A stretch of 64,000 nt of DNA, taken from positions 12,960-76,959 of the forward strand of contig VGRW01000008.1 in assembly GCA_016875225.1 (NCBI GenBank), read 5' to 3'. The notes below the pieces were generated by a model. That model saw only the letters and a list, made by a program, of their open reading frames with translations. It did no database searches and was not told where the DNA came from. Shown in pieces: positions 27,796-38,010 of the stretch (position 1 is its first letter; every line of letters starts with the position of its first letter). This DNA is from Deltaproteobacteria bacterium. GTDB taxonomy: Bacteria; Myxococcota_A; UBA9160; SZUA-336. A program made the position numbers and the translations under genes.

Positions 27796-28719
27796 GTGCG
27801 GGTAGTATGGCGCGATCCGCAGGAGAGGGGCGCCGAACTGACGAACTCCGCAACGCCTGCCGACTCGACCGCGATCCCGCTTCTCGTTCTCGCGCGGAGC
27901 GCTGACGCGCGCGAGCTGCCCGTCGCAGCGGCCGCGCTTGCAGCTGCAAGCCTCGCGAGCGATCCGAGCGATGCGGAGCCTCGCGTCGCCGAGATGCTGC
28001 GCAGCTTCGGCCGCGCGCTGATCCTCGACCTGGGCTCGCCGCGAAGCGGGTCGCCGACCGAAGCGAGCCTCGGCTACGAGGCGTTTCACGATCCGACGTC
28101 GCTGCGCTGCGAGATCGCCGAGCTCTGCCGCGGGGCCGGAGTCTCGGCGCGCGCGAGGGCCGCCGTCGCGAGCGGCCGCGTGCCGGCCGCGTACCTGGGG
28201 GTGGATCCGCGCTTGCGCTGGCTCGAGATCGAACTACGGCGCGACGCCCCTCTGTGGCGGCCGATCCTGCGCGCGGCCTCGCGCTATGCGGCAAGCGAGC
28301 GGGGCGCGCTGTACGACGCATTCGCACGCACCGAGTTCCGAGCCGAGATCGGAGGCGGTCGCGTCGCGATCCGGATCGGCGCGACCGATGCGCTGCTCGA
28401 CGAGCTGCTCGATTCCCGCGGCGTCTCGAGCTGGGCGTACGTCACGGCCTGGAATCCGCGCGCGCAAGCGCTTCCCCCGGGCGAGAACGCGCTGCGGCAC
28501 GACGCGCTGGTCCGGCGCCTCGAGCACGAGGGCTTCCGCTTCTTCGAGGGAGAGGGCGTCGGCGAGAGCGCCGAGTGGACGCCCGAGCGGAGCGTCCTGA
28601 TCCTGGGAATCTCCGAGCCGCAGGCGCTCGCGCTGGGAGAGCGCTGCGAGCAGGAGGCGATCGTCGTGGGAGAGCGGGGCCAGCCCGCGCGTCTCCGCTT
28701 CTGTGCGGGCGCGTGTTGA
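27796..28719 (+). CDS. conserved hypothetical protein (possibly DUF3293-like C-terminal domain)
   Basis: C-terminal region …WAYVTAWNPRAQALPPGENALRHDALVRRLEHEGFRFFEGEGVGESAEWTPERSVLILGISEPQALALGERCEQEAIVVG… resembles, from memory only, a conserved domain often found beside ADP-ribose-processing genes. Start uncertain: GTG 27796, ATG 27754 or ATG 27994 are all possible. Confidence 0.45.
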   Translation: MRVVWRDPQERGAELTNSATPADSTAIPLLVLARSADARELPVAAAALAAASLASDPSDAEPRVAEMLRSFGRALILDLGSPRSGSPTEASLGYEAFHDPTSLRCEIAELCRGAGVSARARAAVASGRVPAAYLGVDPRLRWLEIELRRDAPLWRPILRAASRYAASERGALYDAFARTEFRAEIGGGRVAIRIGATDALLDELLDSRGVSSWAYVTAWNPRAQALPPGENALRHDALVRRLEHEGFRFFEGEGVGESAEWTPERSVLILGISEPQALALGERCEQEAIVVGERGQPARLRFCAGAC

Positions 28720-29636
28720 CCGGCGAACGCGAGCGCTTCCGCGGCGCGCTTCTCGGCCTGGCCTGCGGCGACGCGGTGGGCACGTCGGTCGAATTCAGGC
28801 CGCGCGGAAGCTTCGCCCCGCTCGACGACATGATCGGCGGCGGCGCTTTCCGTCTTCGTCCGGGCGAGTGGACCGACGACACCTCCATGGCGCTCTGCCT
28901 CGCGCGCAGCCTGGTCGAGACCGGAGGCTTCGACGCGCGCGATCAGATCGAGCGCTACGCGCGCTGGCAGCGAGACGGGTACCTGTCGAGCAACGGTCGC
29001 TGCTTCGACATCGGCACGACCGTTGCCGACGCGCTCGCGCGCTTCCGAGAGAGTGGCGATCCGTGGAGCGGCTCGACCGATCCCCGCAGCGCCGGCAACG
29101 GCTCGCTGATGCGGCTCGCGCCGGTGCCGATGTTCTATGCGCCCGACTCGGTCGCCGCGATCCACTGGAGCGGCCAGAGCTCGCGAACGACACACGGATG
29201 TGACGAGGCCATCGACGCCTGCCGGCTCTTCGGCGCGATGCTCGCGCGCGCGCTGGCCGGCGCAGATCGCGAGACCGTGCTCGCGGCTGGAAGGGATCTG
29301 CCCGGGGATGCCGCGCCGCTCGCGCCGAAGATCGCGGCGATTGCGCGAGGAGACTACACGGCGAAGTCCGAGCGCGAGATCCGCGGCAGCGGATACGTCG
29401 TCGCGTCGCTCGAGGCCGCGCTGTTCTGCTTCGCCAAGACGACGAGCTATCGCGACGCCACCTTGCGCGCGGCGAACCTGGGCGAGGACGCCGACACGAC
29501 GGCCGCGATCTGCGGTCAGCTCGCGGGCGCGTTCTACGGCGAGTCCGCGATCCCCGCGGCCTGGCGCGAGAAGCTCGCGATGCGGGCGCTGATCGAGGAG
29601 ACCGCCGATGCGCTCCGCGCCGCGCGCCCTGCCTGA
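28713..29636 (+). CDS. ADP-ribosylglycohydrolase family protein
   Basis: LLGLACGDAVGTSVEF…GEWTDDTSMALCLA…GNGSLMRLAPV…AANLGEDADTTAAICGQLAGAFYG are hallmark ARH/DraG motifs. GTG start overlaps the upstream stop. Confidence 0.8.
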   Translation: MLTGERERFRGALLGLACGDAVGTSVEFRPRGSFAPLDDMIGGGAFRLRPGEWTDDTSMALCLARSLVETGGFDARDQIERYARWQRDGYLSSNGRCFDIGTTVADALARFRESGDPWSGSTDPRSAGNGSLMRLAPVPMFYAPDSVAAIHWSGQSSRTTHGCDEAIDACRLFGAMLARALAGADRETVLAAGRDLPGDAAPLAPKIAAIARGDYTAKSEREIRGSGYVVASLEAALFCFAKTTSYRDATLRAANLGEDADTTAAICGQLAGAFYGESAIPAAWREKLAMRALIEETADALRAARPA

Positions 29637-30159
29637 ACGAACCTGGTGGATCGAGCCGGGCCGCCTGATGGGCGGCGCCTACCCGGGCGACCTCGATCCG
29701 AGGATCGCGCGCGACAAGGTCGCCGCGCTCCTGGACGTGGGGATTCGCGCGTTCGTGAACCTGATGGAGGAGCGAGAGAGCAACCGCGACGGGGCCGCGT
29801 TCGCGCCCTACGCGCCGATCGCAGCGGAGCTCGCGCGCGAGCGAGAGCTCCAGATCGAGTGCGCGCGCTTTCCGATCGTCGACCAGCGGATTCCGAGCGT
29901 CGCCGGGATGCGCGCGATCCTCGCCTTCATCGACGCGAGGCTCGCGCTCGACCGCCCCTGCTTCGTGCACTGCTGGGGCGGGCGCGGCCGCACGGGGACC
30001 GTCGCGGGAATCCACTTGATCCGGATCGGCCGCGCGACTCGCGAGAGCTTCGAGGCCACGATCCGCGAGCTTCGCGGCGCGGACGCGATGCGCGGCTCCG
30101 CGCCCGAGAACGAGCTCCAGCGCGGCTTCGTGCGCCGCTATCCGTTCGACGACGCCTGA
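29608..30159 (+). CDS. Cys-based protein tyrosine/dual-specificity phosphatase-like protein
   Basis: P-loop VHCWGGRGRTG (CX5R). Confidence 0.7.
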   Translation: MRSAPRALPERTWWIEPGRLMGGAYPGDLDPRIARDKVAALLDVGIRAFVNLMEERESNRDGAAFAPYAPIAAELARERELQIECARFPIVDQRIPSVAGMRAILAFIDARLALDRPCFVHCWGGRGRTGTVAGIHLIRIGRATRESFEATIRELRGADAMRGSAPENELQRGFVRRYPFDDA

Positions 30160-30195
30160 ACGCAGGACGCGATCCGATCGCGTTTCGGTCGGTAC

Positions 30196-31260
30196 TCAGC
30201 CGCCGCCGAGCGTGCGCACGAGCGTGAGCGCCGAGCTGGCCAGGCCGTCGATCTGGGCGCGAAACGCGTTGGTGTCGGCGTTGGCGCCCATCACGCCTTT
30301 CAGGTAGCGGGCCATCACGCCCTCGACGATCGCGGCGAGGCGCCAGTACTGGAACGCGCGGTAGTAGTCGACGTTGGTGATCGGGCGGCCCGTCAGCCTC
30401 GAGTACAGCGCGAGAACTTCGGCGCGGGTCTGGAAGCCGCCCGCGGCCGACGGCGAGGCGGCTGCTGCGGCGCTGCCGCCGGCCTCGCCGGGCTCGGCCC
30501 AGTTGTTCATCAGGTAGCCCAGGTCGGCCAGCGCATCTCCGAGCGTGCAGAGCTCCCAGTCGAGCACCGCGGCGATGCGCGCGTTCGCGCCGGTGATGCA
30601 GTTGCCGAGCCGGTAGTCGCCGTGGACGATGCCGGTGTACTTCTGCTCGGGCATCAGCGCGACCAGCGCCTCGTGCACCTCGTCCATGGCGGGCAGCTCG
30701 CGGGTCTTCGATTTCTCCCACTGCGTGCGCCAGCGGTTGAGCTGTCGCGGCAGGTAGGCCTCCTTGCGGCCGAGGTCGCCGAGGCCGATCGCGTCGGGAT
30801 CGACCAGGTGCAGGCGCGCGAGCACGCCCACCAGGGACTCGCCGATCTCGTGCCGCTGCGCGGGCGAGAACAGCCTGGCGACGGTCGTCGCGTCGGTGAT
30901 CACGTGGCCCGCCACGAATTTCATCACGTAGAACGGCGCGTCGTTCACGGCGACGTCGGTGCAGAGGCCGAGCGCGGGAGCGACCGGCACGTCCGTCCTC
31001 GCGCCGATCGCCGCGACGATCTTGTGCTCGCGTCCCATGTCGTGCGCGGTCGCGAGCACCGCGCCGAGCGGCGGCCGACGCAGCACGAAGAGCTCGCCGT
31101 CGGCGGCCGTGACCTTGTAGGTCAGGTTCGAGTGGCCGCCCGCGATCAGCTCGAATCGGAACGGCGCGCGCGCGCCTTCGACGTGCTTCGCGAGCCAGTC
31201 GCCGACGCGTGCCTCGTGGATGCCCCGGACGTCCCCCGTGCCTGTCGCGGTCTCGCTCAT
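30196..31260 (-). CDS. phosphotransferase-family protein (APH / acyl-CoA-dehydrogenase-associated kinase-like)
   Basis: …YKVTAADGELFVLRRPP…, catalytic HGDYRLGNCI and DWELCTLGD motifs of the APH/ChoK fold. Start at MSETATG. The upstream part of ORF 30196..31983 is rejected. Confidence 0.75.
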   Translation of the reverse strand: MSETATGTGDVRGIHEARVGDWLAKHVEGARAPFRFELIAGGHSNLTYKVTAADGELFVLRRPPLGAVLATAHDMGREHKIVAAIGARTDVPVAPALGLCTDVAVNDAPFYVMKFVAGHVITDATTVARLFSPAQRHEIGESLVGVLARLHLVDPDAIGLGDLGRKEAYLPRQLNRWRTQWEKSKTRELPAMDEVHEALVALMPEQKYTGIVHGDYRLGNCITGANARIAAVLDWELCTLGDALADLGYLMNNWAEPGEAGGSAAAAASPSAAGGFQTRAEVLALYSRLTGRPITNVDYYRAFQYWRLAAIVEGVMARYLKGVMGANADTNAFRAQIDGLASSALTLVRTLGGG

Positions 31261-32063
31261 CGCCGCATCGTACCCGATACCGGGAACTCGACGCGGACGC
31301 GCCCGAGCGGGCCGAAGTCCGCCTCGGCTGCGTCGCCCGGGGCGAGCTCGAGGATGTCCATGCAGCAGCCGGTGGTGACGATCTCGCCCGGACGGAGTCC
31401 GCGTCCCCAGCGCGGCAGCTCGTTCGCGAGCCAGCGCAGAGCCAGGAGCGGCGATCCGATCACGTTCGCGCCGCGCCCGCGCGAGGCCTCGCGCCCGTTC
31501 ACGAACGTGGTCACCTCGAGCTGCGCGAGGTCGAGCGCGCGAAACGCCTCGATCTCTTCGCCGCCGACCCAGTGCGATCCGAGCGCGTTGTCCGCCGCGG
31601 CGTCCAGCGCCGGGACGCTGCGCCAGTCGGCGAAGCGAGTGTCGGCCAGCTCGATCGACGGGATCGCGGCGCCGACGGCGTCGACGACGGCGTCGAGCTC
31701 GAACGGGGCGGAGCGCCCCGGGAGCGCGCGCGCGATGCGGAACGAGAACTCGGTCTCGACCAGCAGGTTCGAGAAGCGCGCCGGATCGAGCCGCGCCGGA
31801 CTCCTCGCCACGCGACCCTCGATCAGCCGGCCGAAGAGCGGCGACGGAATGCCGAGCTGCCGCTGCACCGCTGGATTGATGTAGGCGATCTTGTAGCCGA
31901 TCGTGCGGCCGAGGTGAGAGGCGAATCGATCCTGAACGGTGTAGGCCTCGGCGAGGTCGCGCGGCCCGGCGCCGTCGGGCCATGCCGCGAGCGGTCGGCG
32001 CAACGAATCCGCGTCCCGAAGCGCGACTGCCGCGAGCTCGATCCGCTGCGCCGCCTGGGTCAT
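31257..32063 (-). CDS. 2-keto-4-pentenoate hydratase / hydratase-decarboxylase family (MhpD/HpaH-like, FAH fold)
   Basis: …AYTVQDRFASHLGRTIGYKIA… and C-terminal …GEIVTTG… are typical of this family. 4-nt overlap with the downstream gene. Confidence 0.7.
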   Translation of the reverse strand: MTQAAQRIELAAVALRDADSLRRPLAAWPDGAGPRDLAEAYTVQDRFASHLGRTIGYKIAYINPAVQRQLGIPSPLFGRLIEGRVARSPARLDPARFSNLLVETEFSFRIARALPGRSAPFELDAVVDAVGAAIPSIELADTRFADWRSVPALDAAADNALGSHWVGGEEIEAFRALDLAQLEVTTFVNGREASRGRGANVIGSPLLALRWLANELPRWGRGLRPGEIVTTGCCMDILELAPGDAAEADFGPLGRVRVEFPVSGTMRR

Positions 32064-32070
32064 CGGGCCG

Positions 32071-33618
32071 TCACGACGTGGCCCTGCCCGGAAATCCCGC
32101 CCAGAGGCGCCGGGTCGCGGAGCCGGGATCGAGCTCGAGCGCGCAGGTCGCGTCGAGCGTCATCGTCTCGCGACGCTCCACGGTGTAGGCAGGCCAATCG
32201 GGCAGGGAGCTCGCGCCCGGCGCGCCGCTTCGCGCGAACCCGGACCACGCGTCGACGAGCTGCGCCTCGAGTCGCTCGACGTCCGGGCCGCTACCCGCGA
32301 ACGCCCGTCCCGCCGCGCTTCGCACGTTGCCGAACACGAACGGAATCTCGGCGGCGTGGCAGGCGCCGAGCGCCCCTCCTAGAAGCGCCGCGGGCCGCGT
32401 GAACAGGTAGGCGTGCACGCTCGCGCCGGCGGCGAGCTGCGCGTCGGCCAGATCGAGCGTCGGGATCCGGTAGACGCGATCGGTCTCGAGCGCGCAGAAC
32501 AGGTCGACGGGCGTAGTTCCCACGCGCGCCTCGCCCGAGCGGCGGTAGCCCTCGATCAGCGCGCGTGCGCGCTCCGGGTCGCGTCCGGGAACGCGCTGCT
32601 CGACCCGCGCGCGAAGGCCCGCCTCGTCCAGCTTCTGCAGCCGCAGATCCATCGCCGCGAAGAGCTTCCACTCGTCGCGATTGCTCCCTACCAGAAGGGG
32701 AACGTCGCGCGAGAGCCCGGTCCGGATCGCGTCGAGCGGCGGCTCCTGGAGCACGATCCCGTCGACGACCGGCTGGAACGGAAGCCAGCCCGGCGTGCCG
32801 ACGCGCCGCGCGACGATTCTGGACTGCGCCTCGAGCAGCACTGCCACGGGCACGTCGCGGAGCGCCCGCGTCGCGTCCCTCGCGATCCCGAGCTCGCGCA
32901 AGAGCTCGTCCGCGATCGCGATCGCGCTCGCGCTCGCCTCGTCGTGCAGGTGACTGGCCGCTCCGCTCTGCGCGATCGCTCGCTGGAACAGGCCGCGCGC
33001 CGCCGGGGTGCCGAGCAGGGCGGCCACGCTGCGCCCGCCCGACGACTCCCCGAAGATCGTCACGTTCTCGGGATCGCCGCCGAGCGCGGCTGCGTTGTCG
33101 CGCACCCACGCGAGCGCCTCGATCTGGTCGAGCAGTCCGAGATTCGCCTGCGCGCCGAGCCCCGCGGCACCGCGCGCGCCGAGATACAGGAACCCGAGCG
33201 CGCCGAGCCGGTAGTTGATCGTCACCACGACGACTCCGCCGCGCGAGACGAGCCCGGTCGGATCGTAGCTCTCCTGCGAGCCCGACCCGACCGTGAAGCC
33301 TCCGCCGTGGATCCAGACCAGAACCGGGCGGCGTGCGCCATCAGGGGACGGAGTCCAGGCGTTCAGGTACAGGCAGTCCTCGCTCTGCGCTCCGACGCTG
33401 GTTCCCGGCAGCGCGCCGGCGCCGAAGGCGGTCTGCGGCGCGGAGCCGCCGAACGCGTCGGCGTCTCGGACTCCGACCCAGCTCTCGGGCGGCTCGGGCG
33501 GTCGGAAGCGGCGCACCCCGACCGGAGCGCGCGCGTACGGAATGCCGAGGAAGCGCGTGACACCGTTCTTGGTGCGGCCCGCGAGCTTGCCACTCGTCGT
33601 CTCGATCACCGGATTCAC
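32071..33618 (-). CDS. carboxylesterase (type B, para-nitrobenzyl esterase-like)
   Basis: …VWIHGGGFTVGS…, nucleophile elbow GESSGG, EDCLYLNAWTP. 515 aa. Confidence 0.85.
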   Translation of the reverse strand: MNPVIETTSGKLAGRTKNGVTRFLGIPYARAPVGVRRFRPPEPPESWVGVRDADAFGGSAPQTAFGAGALPGTSVGAQSEDCLYLNAWTPSPDGARRPVLVWIHGGGFTVGSGSQESYDPTGLVSRGGVVVVTINYRLGALGFLYLGARGAAGLGAQANLGLLDQIEALAWVRDNAAALGGDPENVTIFGESSGGRSVAALLGTPAARGLFQRAIAQSGAASHLHDEASASAIAIADELLRELGIARDATRALRDVPVAVLLEAQSRIVARRVGTPGWLPFQPVVDGIVLQEPPLDAIRTGLSRDVPLLVGSNRDEWKLFAAMDLRLQKLDEAGLRARVEQRVPGRDPERARALIEGYRRSGEARVGTTPVDLFCALETDRVYRIPTLDLADAQLAAGASVHAYLFTRPAALLGGALGACHAAEIPFVFGNVRSAAGRAFAGSGPDVERLEAQLVDAWSGFARSGAPGASSLPDWPAYTVERRETMTLDATCALELDPGSATRRLWAGFPGRATS

Positions 33619-33633
33619 GCGCGCGCGAGCCTA

Positions 33634-34680
<1,047 letters not shown>

Positions 34681-34827
34681 CCCTCACCCCCGAGATTCGA
34701 GTGGCTCGCGCGATTGTGGTCGCCCGCCTCGGAGTACGTCAACGCGTCTCGGACGCGTGAGACGAAAAAGGGGCGGCCTGCGCCGTCGCGCCTGCCGCCC
34801 CTTGGTCTGCAACGCTTCGTCGTCCGG

Positions 34828-35238
34828 TCAGTATTTCCACTTCGCGCCGTCGAAGCGGAAGATCTCCATGATCTCGACCTTCTCGACGACCTGCGGCGAG
34901 CTCGACTTCGCGCCCTCCACCGTCGGGCCGGCCTTCTGGTAGCGGACCTCGTTGTAGACGAGCGTGCCGACTCCCGGTGCCCCTGGCTTGGCCCGCGTCT
35001 GGCAGCGGATCGGCACCTTCTCGTAGCCGGTGTAGGCGCCGACGACCTGACCGCCGTTCGGCACGTACTGGATCTTCTGCAGGTTCTGCTGCTCGCGGGC
35101 CGCGAGCTTGCCCATCCACTGCGCGCAGAAGCTGTCGAAGCTCTCCGCCGCCGCTACCGCGGGCATGGCCAGGGCGATCACGCCCGCGACGCCGAGCGCG
35201 CGAAGCGCCCGCAAGCTGTTCGATGTCGCTCGATGCAT
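34828..35238 (-). CDS. small secreted hypothetical protein
   Basis: Start at MHRATSNSL…. Signal peptide ALGVAGVIALAMPAVAAA. The longer ORF to 35391 is rejected. Confidence 0.45.
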   Translation of the reverse strand: MHRATSNSLRALRALGVAGVIALAMPAVAAAESFDSFCAQWMGKLAAREQQNLQKIQYVPNGGQVVGAYTGYEKVPIRCQTRAKPGAPGVGTLVYNEVRYQKAGPTVEGAKSSSPQVVEKVEIMEIFRFDGAKWKY

Positions 35239-35498
35239 ATGTCTTCCATCGCCTCCCGGGTTCGGGGCCGCCCTCCGAGGCCAATGCGTTCGATCGGAAA
35301 CGAGCGCTGCGGAGTGAAGCCCGACGGATCGGGGACGATTTCTGCGTGATTCTGGACCCGTACTTGCAAATCCCGCAATTCCCATCATCATGCGCGTCGG
35401 CCGCGGCGACCTGCGTGCCTCTTGCGCCTGTGAGCACCTGTGCGGCAGGATGCGGGCGTCACTGCTTCCCCATCAGCCCATCGGGAGGATCCTGAATC

Positions 35499-36371
35499 AT
35501 GAATCGAGTCATTTCCCTCGCCCTGACCTGCGTTCTGCTGCTCGGAACGAGTGGCTGCGCGACCATGCACGACACGTTCGGAGACGCGGCTCCCGTCGTC
35601 TGCGGGGTACTCGGTGGCGTGGCGGGTGCAGGCATCGGCGCGATCGCCTCCGACTGGCGCAACAACGAAGATCACCGGAACGACCAGAAGGCCGGCTACG
35701 CGATCGGCGCTGGCGCCGGTGCGGTGACGGGCGCGCTGCTCTGCGCCCTGGGTGCCCCGGACGACGTGCGCAACCCGCCGACGGTTCGCTCCACCTGCAC
35801 GCCGGCCTCGGGCGCGCCTCCGCTCGCCGTCGAGTGCCGCTGCGTCGCGACCTCCGAGACCGGCACGATCAAGGGCTACGCGTGGGACTTCGGCGACGGC
35901 GGGAAGTCGACCGAGCAGAACGCGAAGCACACCTACACCGCAGCGGGTAACTACAACGCGAAGTGCAGCGCGACCGACAGCTACGACGCCGTGGGCTCGG
36001 GCAGCTCGGCGGTCTCCGTCGCGGCCGCGACCCGCAAGACGATCGTGCTCCGCGGCATCAACTTCGACTTCGACCGCGCGACGATCAAGCCGGAGTTCGA
36101 GGGCGTGCTCGACGCGGGCGTGGAAGCTCTGAAGGAGAACGCGGACGTGCGCGTGCAGGTGGCCGGCTACACCGACAGCGTGGGCACCGACGCCTACAAC
36201 CAGGGTCTGTCGGAGCGGCGCGCGAATGCGGTGCTCGAGTACCTGTCCACTCACGGGATCGACGGATCGCGGCTCAGCGCGGTCGGCTTCGGCGAGACCA
36301 ACCCGGTCGCGGACAACGCGACCGACGACGGCCGCACCCAGAACCGGCGCGTCGAGCTCAACATCCAGTAA
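35499..36371 (+). CDS. OmpA-family lipoprotein with a PKD domain
   Basis: Lipobox LLLGTSGC. Gly-zipper segment. PKD-like motif (GYAWDFGDGG…HTYTAAGNY). C-terminal OmpA domain (…VAGYTDSVGTDAYNQGLSERRANAV…NRRVELN). Confidence 0.85.
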   Translation: MNRVISLALTCVLLLGTSGCATMHDTFGDAAPVVCGVLGGVAGAGIGAIASDWRNNEDHRNDQKAGYAIGAGAGAVTGALLCALGAPDDVRNPPTVRSTCTPASGAPPLAVECRCVATSETGTIKGYAWDFGDGGKSTEQNAKHTYTAAGNYNAKCSATDSYDAVGSGSSAVSVAAATRKTIVLRGINFDFDRATIKPEFEGVLDAGVEALKENADVRVQVAGYTDSVGTDAYNQGLSERRANAVLEYLSTHGIDGSRLSAVGFGETNPVADNATDDGRTQNRRVELNIQ

Positions 36372-36381
36372 CCGGAGAATT

Positions 36382-36425
36382 CCCTGGGATGCCGCCCGGC
36401 TCTCGGGCATGGCGGCGTCCCAGGG
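36382..36425. terminator. bidirectional stem-loop between convergent genes
   Basis: CCCTGGGATGCCGCC - 14-nt loop - GGCGGCGTCCCAGGG. This is a 15-bp stem with one G-U pair, 10 nt after the OmpA-family stop and 30 nt before the convergent lipoprotein stop. No U-tract, so it may be a non-canonical terminator or RNA stability element. Confidence 0.5.
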
Positions 36426-36454
36426 AGCTTCCGGCCTCTCGCGGAGCAGGAAGC

Positions 36455-36775
36455 TCAGTTCGGGAGCGCCTGCTCCGCCGCGTCGTCGGCCGGCTCGGCC
36501 ACACCCTCTGCGGCGGCATCCCCGGCGAGTGCGGCCTTCGCGGCCGCGAGCGCCTGCGCGAGGGATTCGTCGTTCGGATCGGCTCCGAGAGCCAGCGAGC
36601 AGAGTCGCGCGGCCTCGGCCCAGTTCTGCGCGGCCGCCGTCTCGAGACACGTCGCCGCGTACTCGTTGGCCGGCGCCCCTCTGGCGGCGCCCACCTCGGG
36701 CGTGCCGCGGTCTCCCTGCTGCCCGCAGGCCGCGAGTCCGAAAACCGCGATCGCGATCAGAGCTCCTCGAAGCAT
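36455..36775 (-). CDS. small lipoprotein, hypothetical
   Basis: Signal plus lipobox (AIAVFGLAACG). Ala-rich, 106 aa. Confidence 0.45.
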   Translation of the reverse strand: MLRGALIAIAVFGLAACGQQGDRGTPEVGAARGAPANEYAATCLETAAAQNWAEAARLCSLALGADPNDESLAQALAAAKAALAGDAAAEGVAEPADDAAEQALPN

Positions 36776-36907
36776 GAACCCTCCTCGTCCCCCGATCCTT
36801 CGGGTGGCCAGAGGCTACAGCGGGCCAATCTGCACCGTCAGTGCGCAGATCACACTTTGATCCGGTCGGTCCTGTAACGATCCCCGACACGGTCCGATAG
36901 GAGCCGG

Positions 36908-37963
36908 GTGGTGATCCGGCACTCGATCGAACGACTCGGGCTGGTGATCGCGGCGCTGCTGCTCAGCGCGTGCGCCTCGCTGCCGTGGCCGAGCGGCTCG
37001 GCTCGCCAGACCGGCGCTGCCGCCGGCGACGGCTGGATCGATCTTCGCGGAGTCGTGCACGTGCACACCCGTGTGTCACACGACAGTCACGGATCCATCG
37101 CAGCAGTCGTCGATGCGGCGAACGGAGCCGGGGTCGCCTGGGTCGCCTTCTCGGAGCACACGCGAAACGCCCGGGGCGTCCCGGCGAGCGGCGTGATCGA
37201 CGGCGTGATCCTGATCCCCGGCTGGGAAGTCTCGGTTCTGGGCGGCTCGATGCTCGCGCTCGGCGTGAGCGACGCGGCGCGCCTGCCTCGCGCGCCGCGC
37301 GCGCTGGTCGAAGAGATCCACGCGCGCGGCGGCGCGGCGTTCGTCGGGCACATCGAGCGCTCGGCGCTGATGGAGCCGGCGCGATTCGCCGCGGCCGAGC
37401 CGGACGGGATCGAGATCGCGAATCTGCACGCGCGCGCCGCAGAGGTGCCGACCCGGCTCGCACTCGGACACCTGCTGCTCCCCGCGCAGCTGGCGCTGCG
37501 CCCGCTGCTCGGCGCTCCGCGCGCGAATCTCGCGCGCTGGTCCGAGCTGCCCGGCGCCCGAAGCATCGTCGGTGGCGTCGACGCGCACGCGAAGTTCCGC
37601 GCGCTCGGGCCGCTTGGCGGAACGATCGACCGCTACCGCGACACGTTCCGCCTGCTCACCACCCACGTGCGCGTTCGCGAGCGAAGCGCGTCCGCGATCC
37701 TGGAGGCGCTGCGCGAGGGCCGGAGCTACGTCGCCTTCGAGGGGATCGCGCCGGTGGACTCCTTCGAGGTCTCCCGCGAGGGCAGCTCCGTCCGAGTCCG
37801 GGCGCCTCGCGAAGCGCGGCTATTGCTCGTCTGCGCCGGAGCCGTCGAGAGCGAGGCCGTCGGGCTCGAAGTGGAGCTCCGAGCCAGCGAGGACACGAGC
37901 CGGTGTCATGTCGAGGCCTGGCTCGGCGACCGGCTCTGGATCGCGACGAGCCGTCTTGGCTGA
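36908..37963 (+). CDS. PHP-domain (polymerase/histidinol-phosphatase-like) metallophosphoesterase lipoprotein
   Basis: Lipobox LLLSAC. HVHTRVSHDSHGS PHP motif I. Further His/Asp motifs (VGHIE…DAHAK). Confidence 0.65.
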   Translation: MVIRHSIERLGLVIAALLLSACASLPWPSGSARQTGAAAGDGWIDLRGVVHVHTRVSHDSHGSIAAVVDAANGAGVAWVAFSEHTRNARGVPASGVIDGVILIPGWEVSVLGGSMLALGVSDAARLPRAPRALVEEIHARGGAAFVGHIERSALMEPARFAAAEPDGIEIANLHARAAEVPTRLALGHLLLPAQLALRPLLGAPRANLARWSELPGARSIVGGVDAHAKFRALGPLGGTIDRYRDTFRLLTTHVRVRERSASAILEALREGRSYVAFEGIAPVDSFEVSREGSSVRVRAPREARLLLVCAGAVESEAVGLEVELRASEDTSRCHVEAWLGDRLWIATSRLG

Positions 37964-38010
37964 GCACAGCCACTGCGGCGGATCCGGTCGGGTTTTGCTT
38001 AACTCCGCGA

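Noticed and set aside
30196-31983. Full 595-aa ORF as a single gene
   Set aside because: The first 240 codons are Arg-rich and overlap the hydratase gene on the same strand in another frame. The kinase-fold protein begins at MSETATG (31260).
35239-35498. 260-bp non-coding gap examined for a tRNA or small RNA gene
   Set aside because: No cloverleaf-compatible arms or conserved tRNA boxes could be recognised by eye. Left unannotated.
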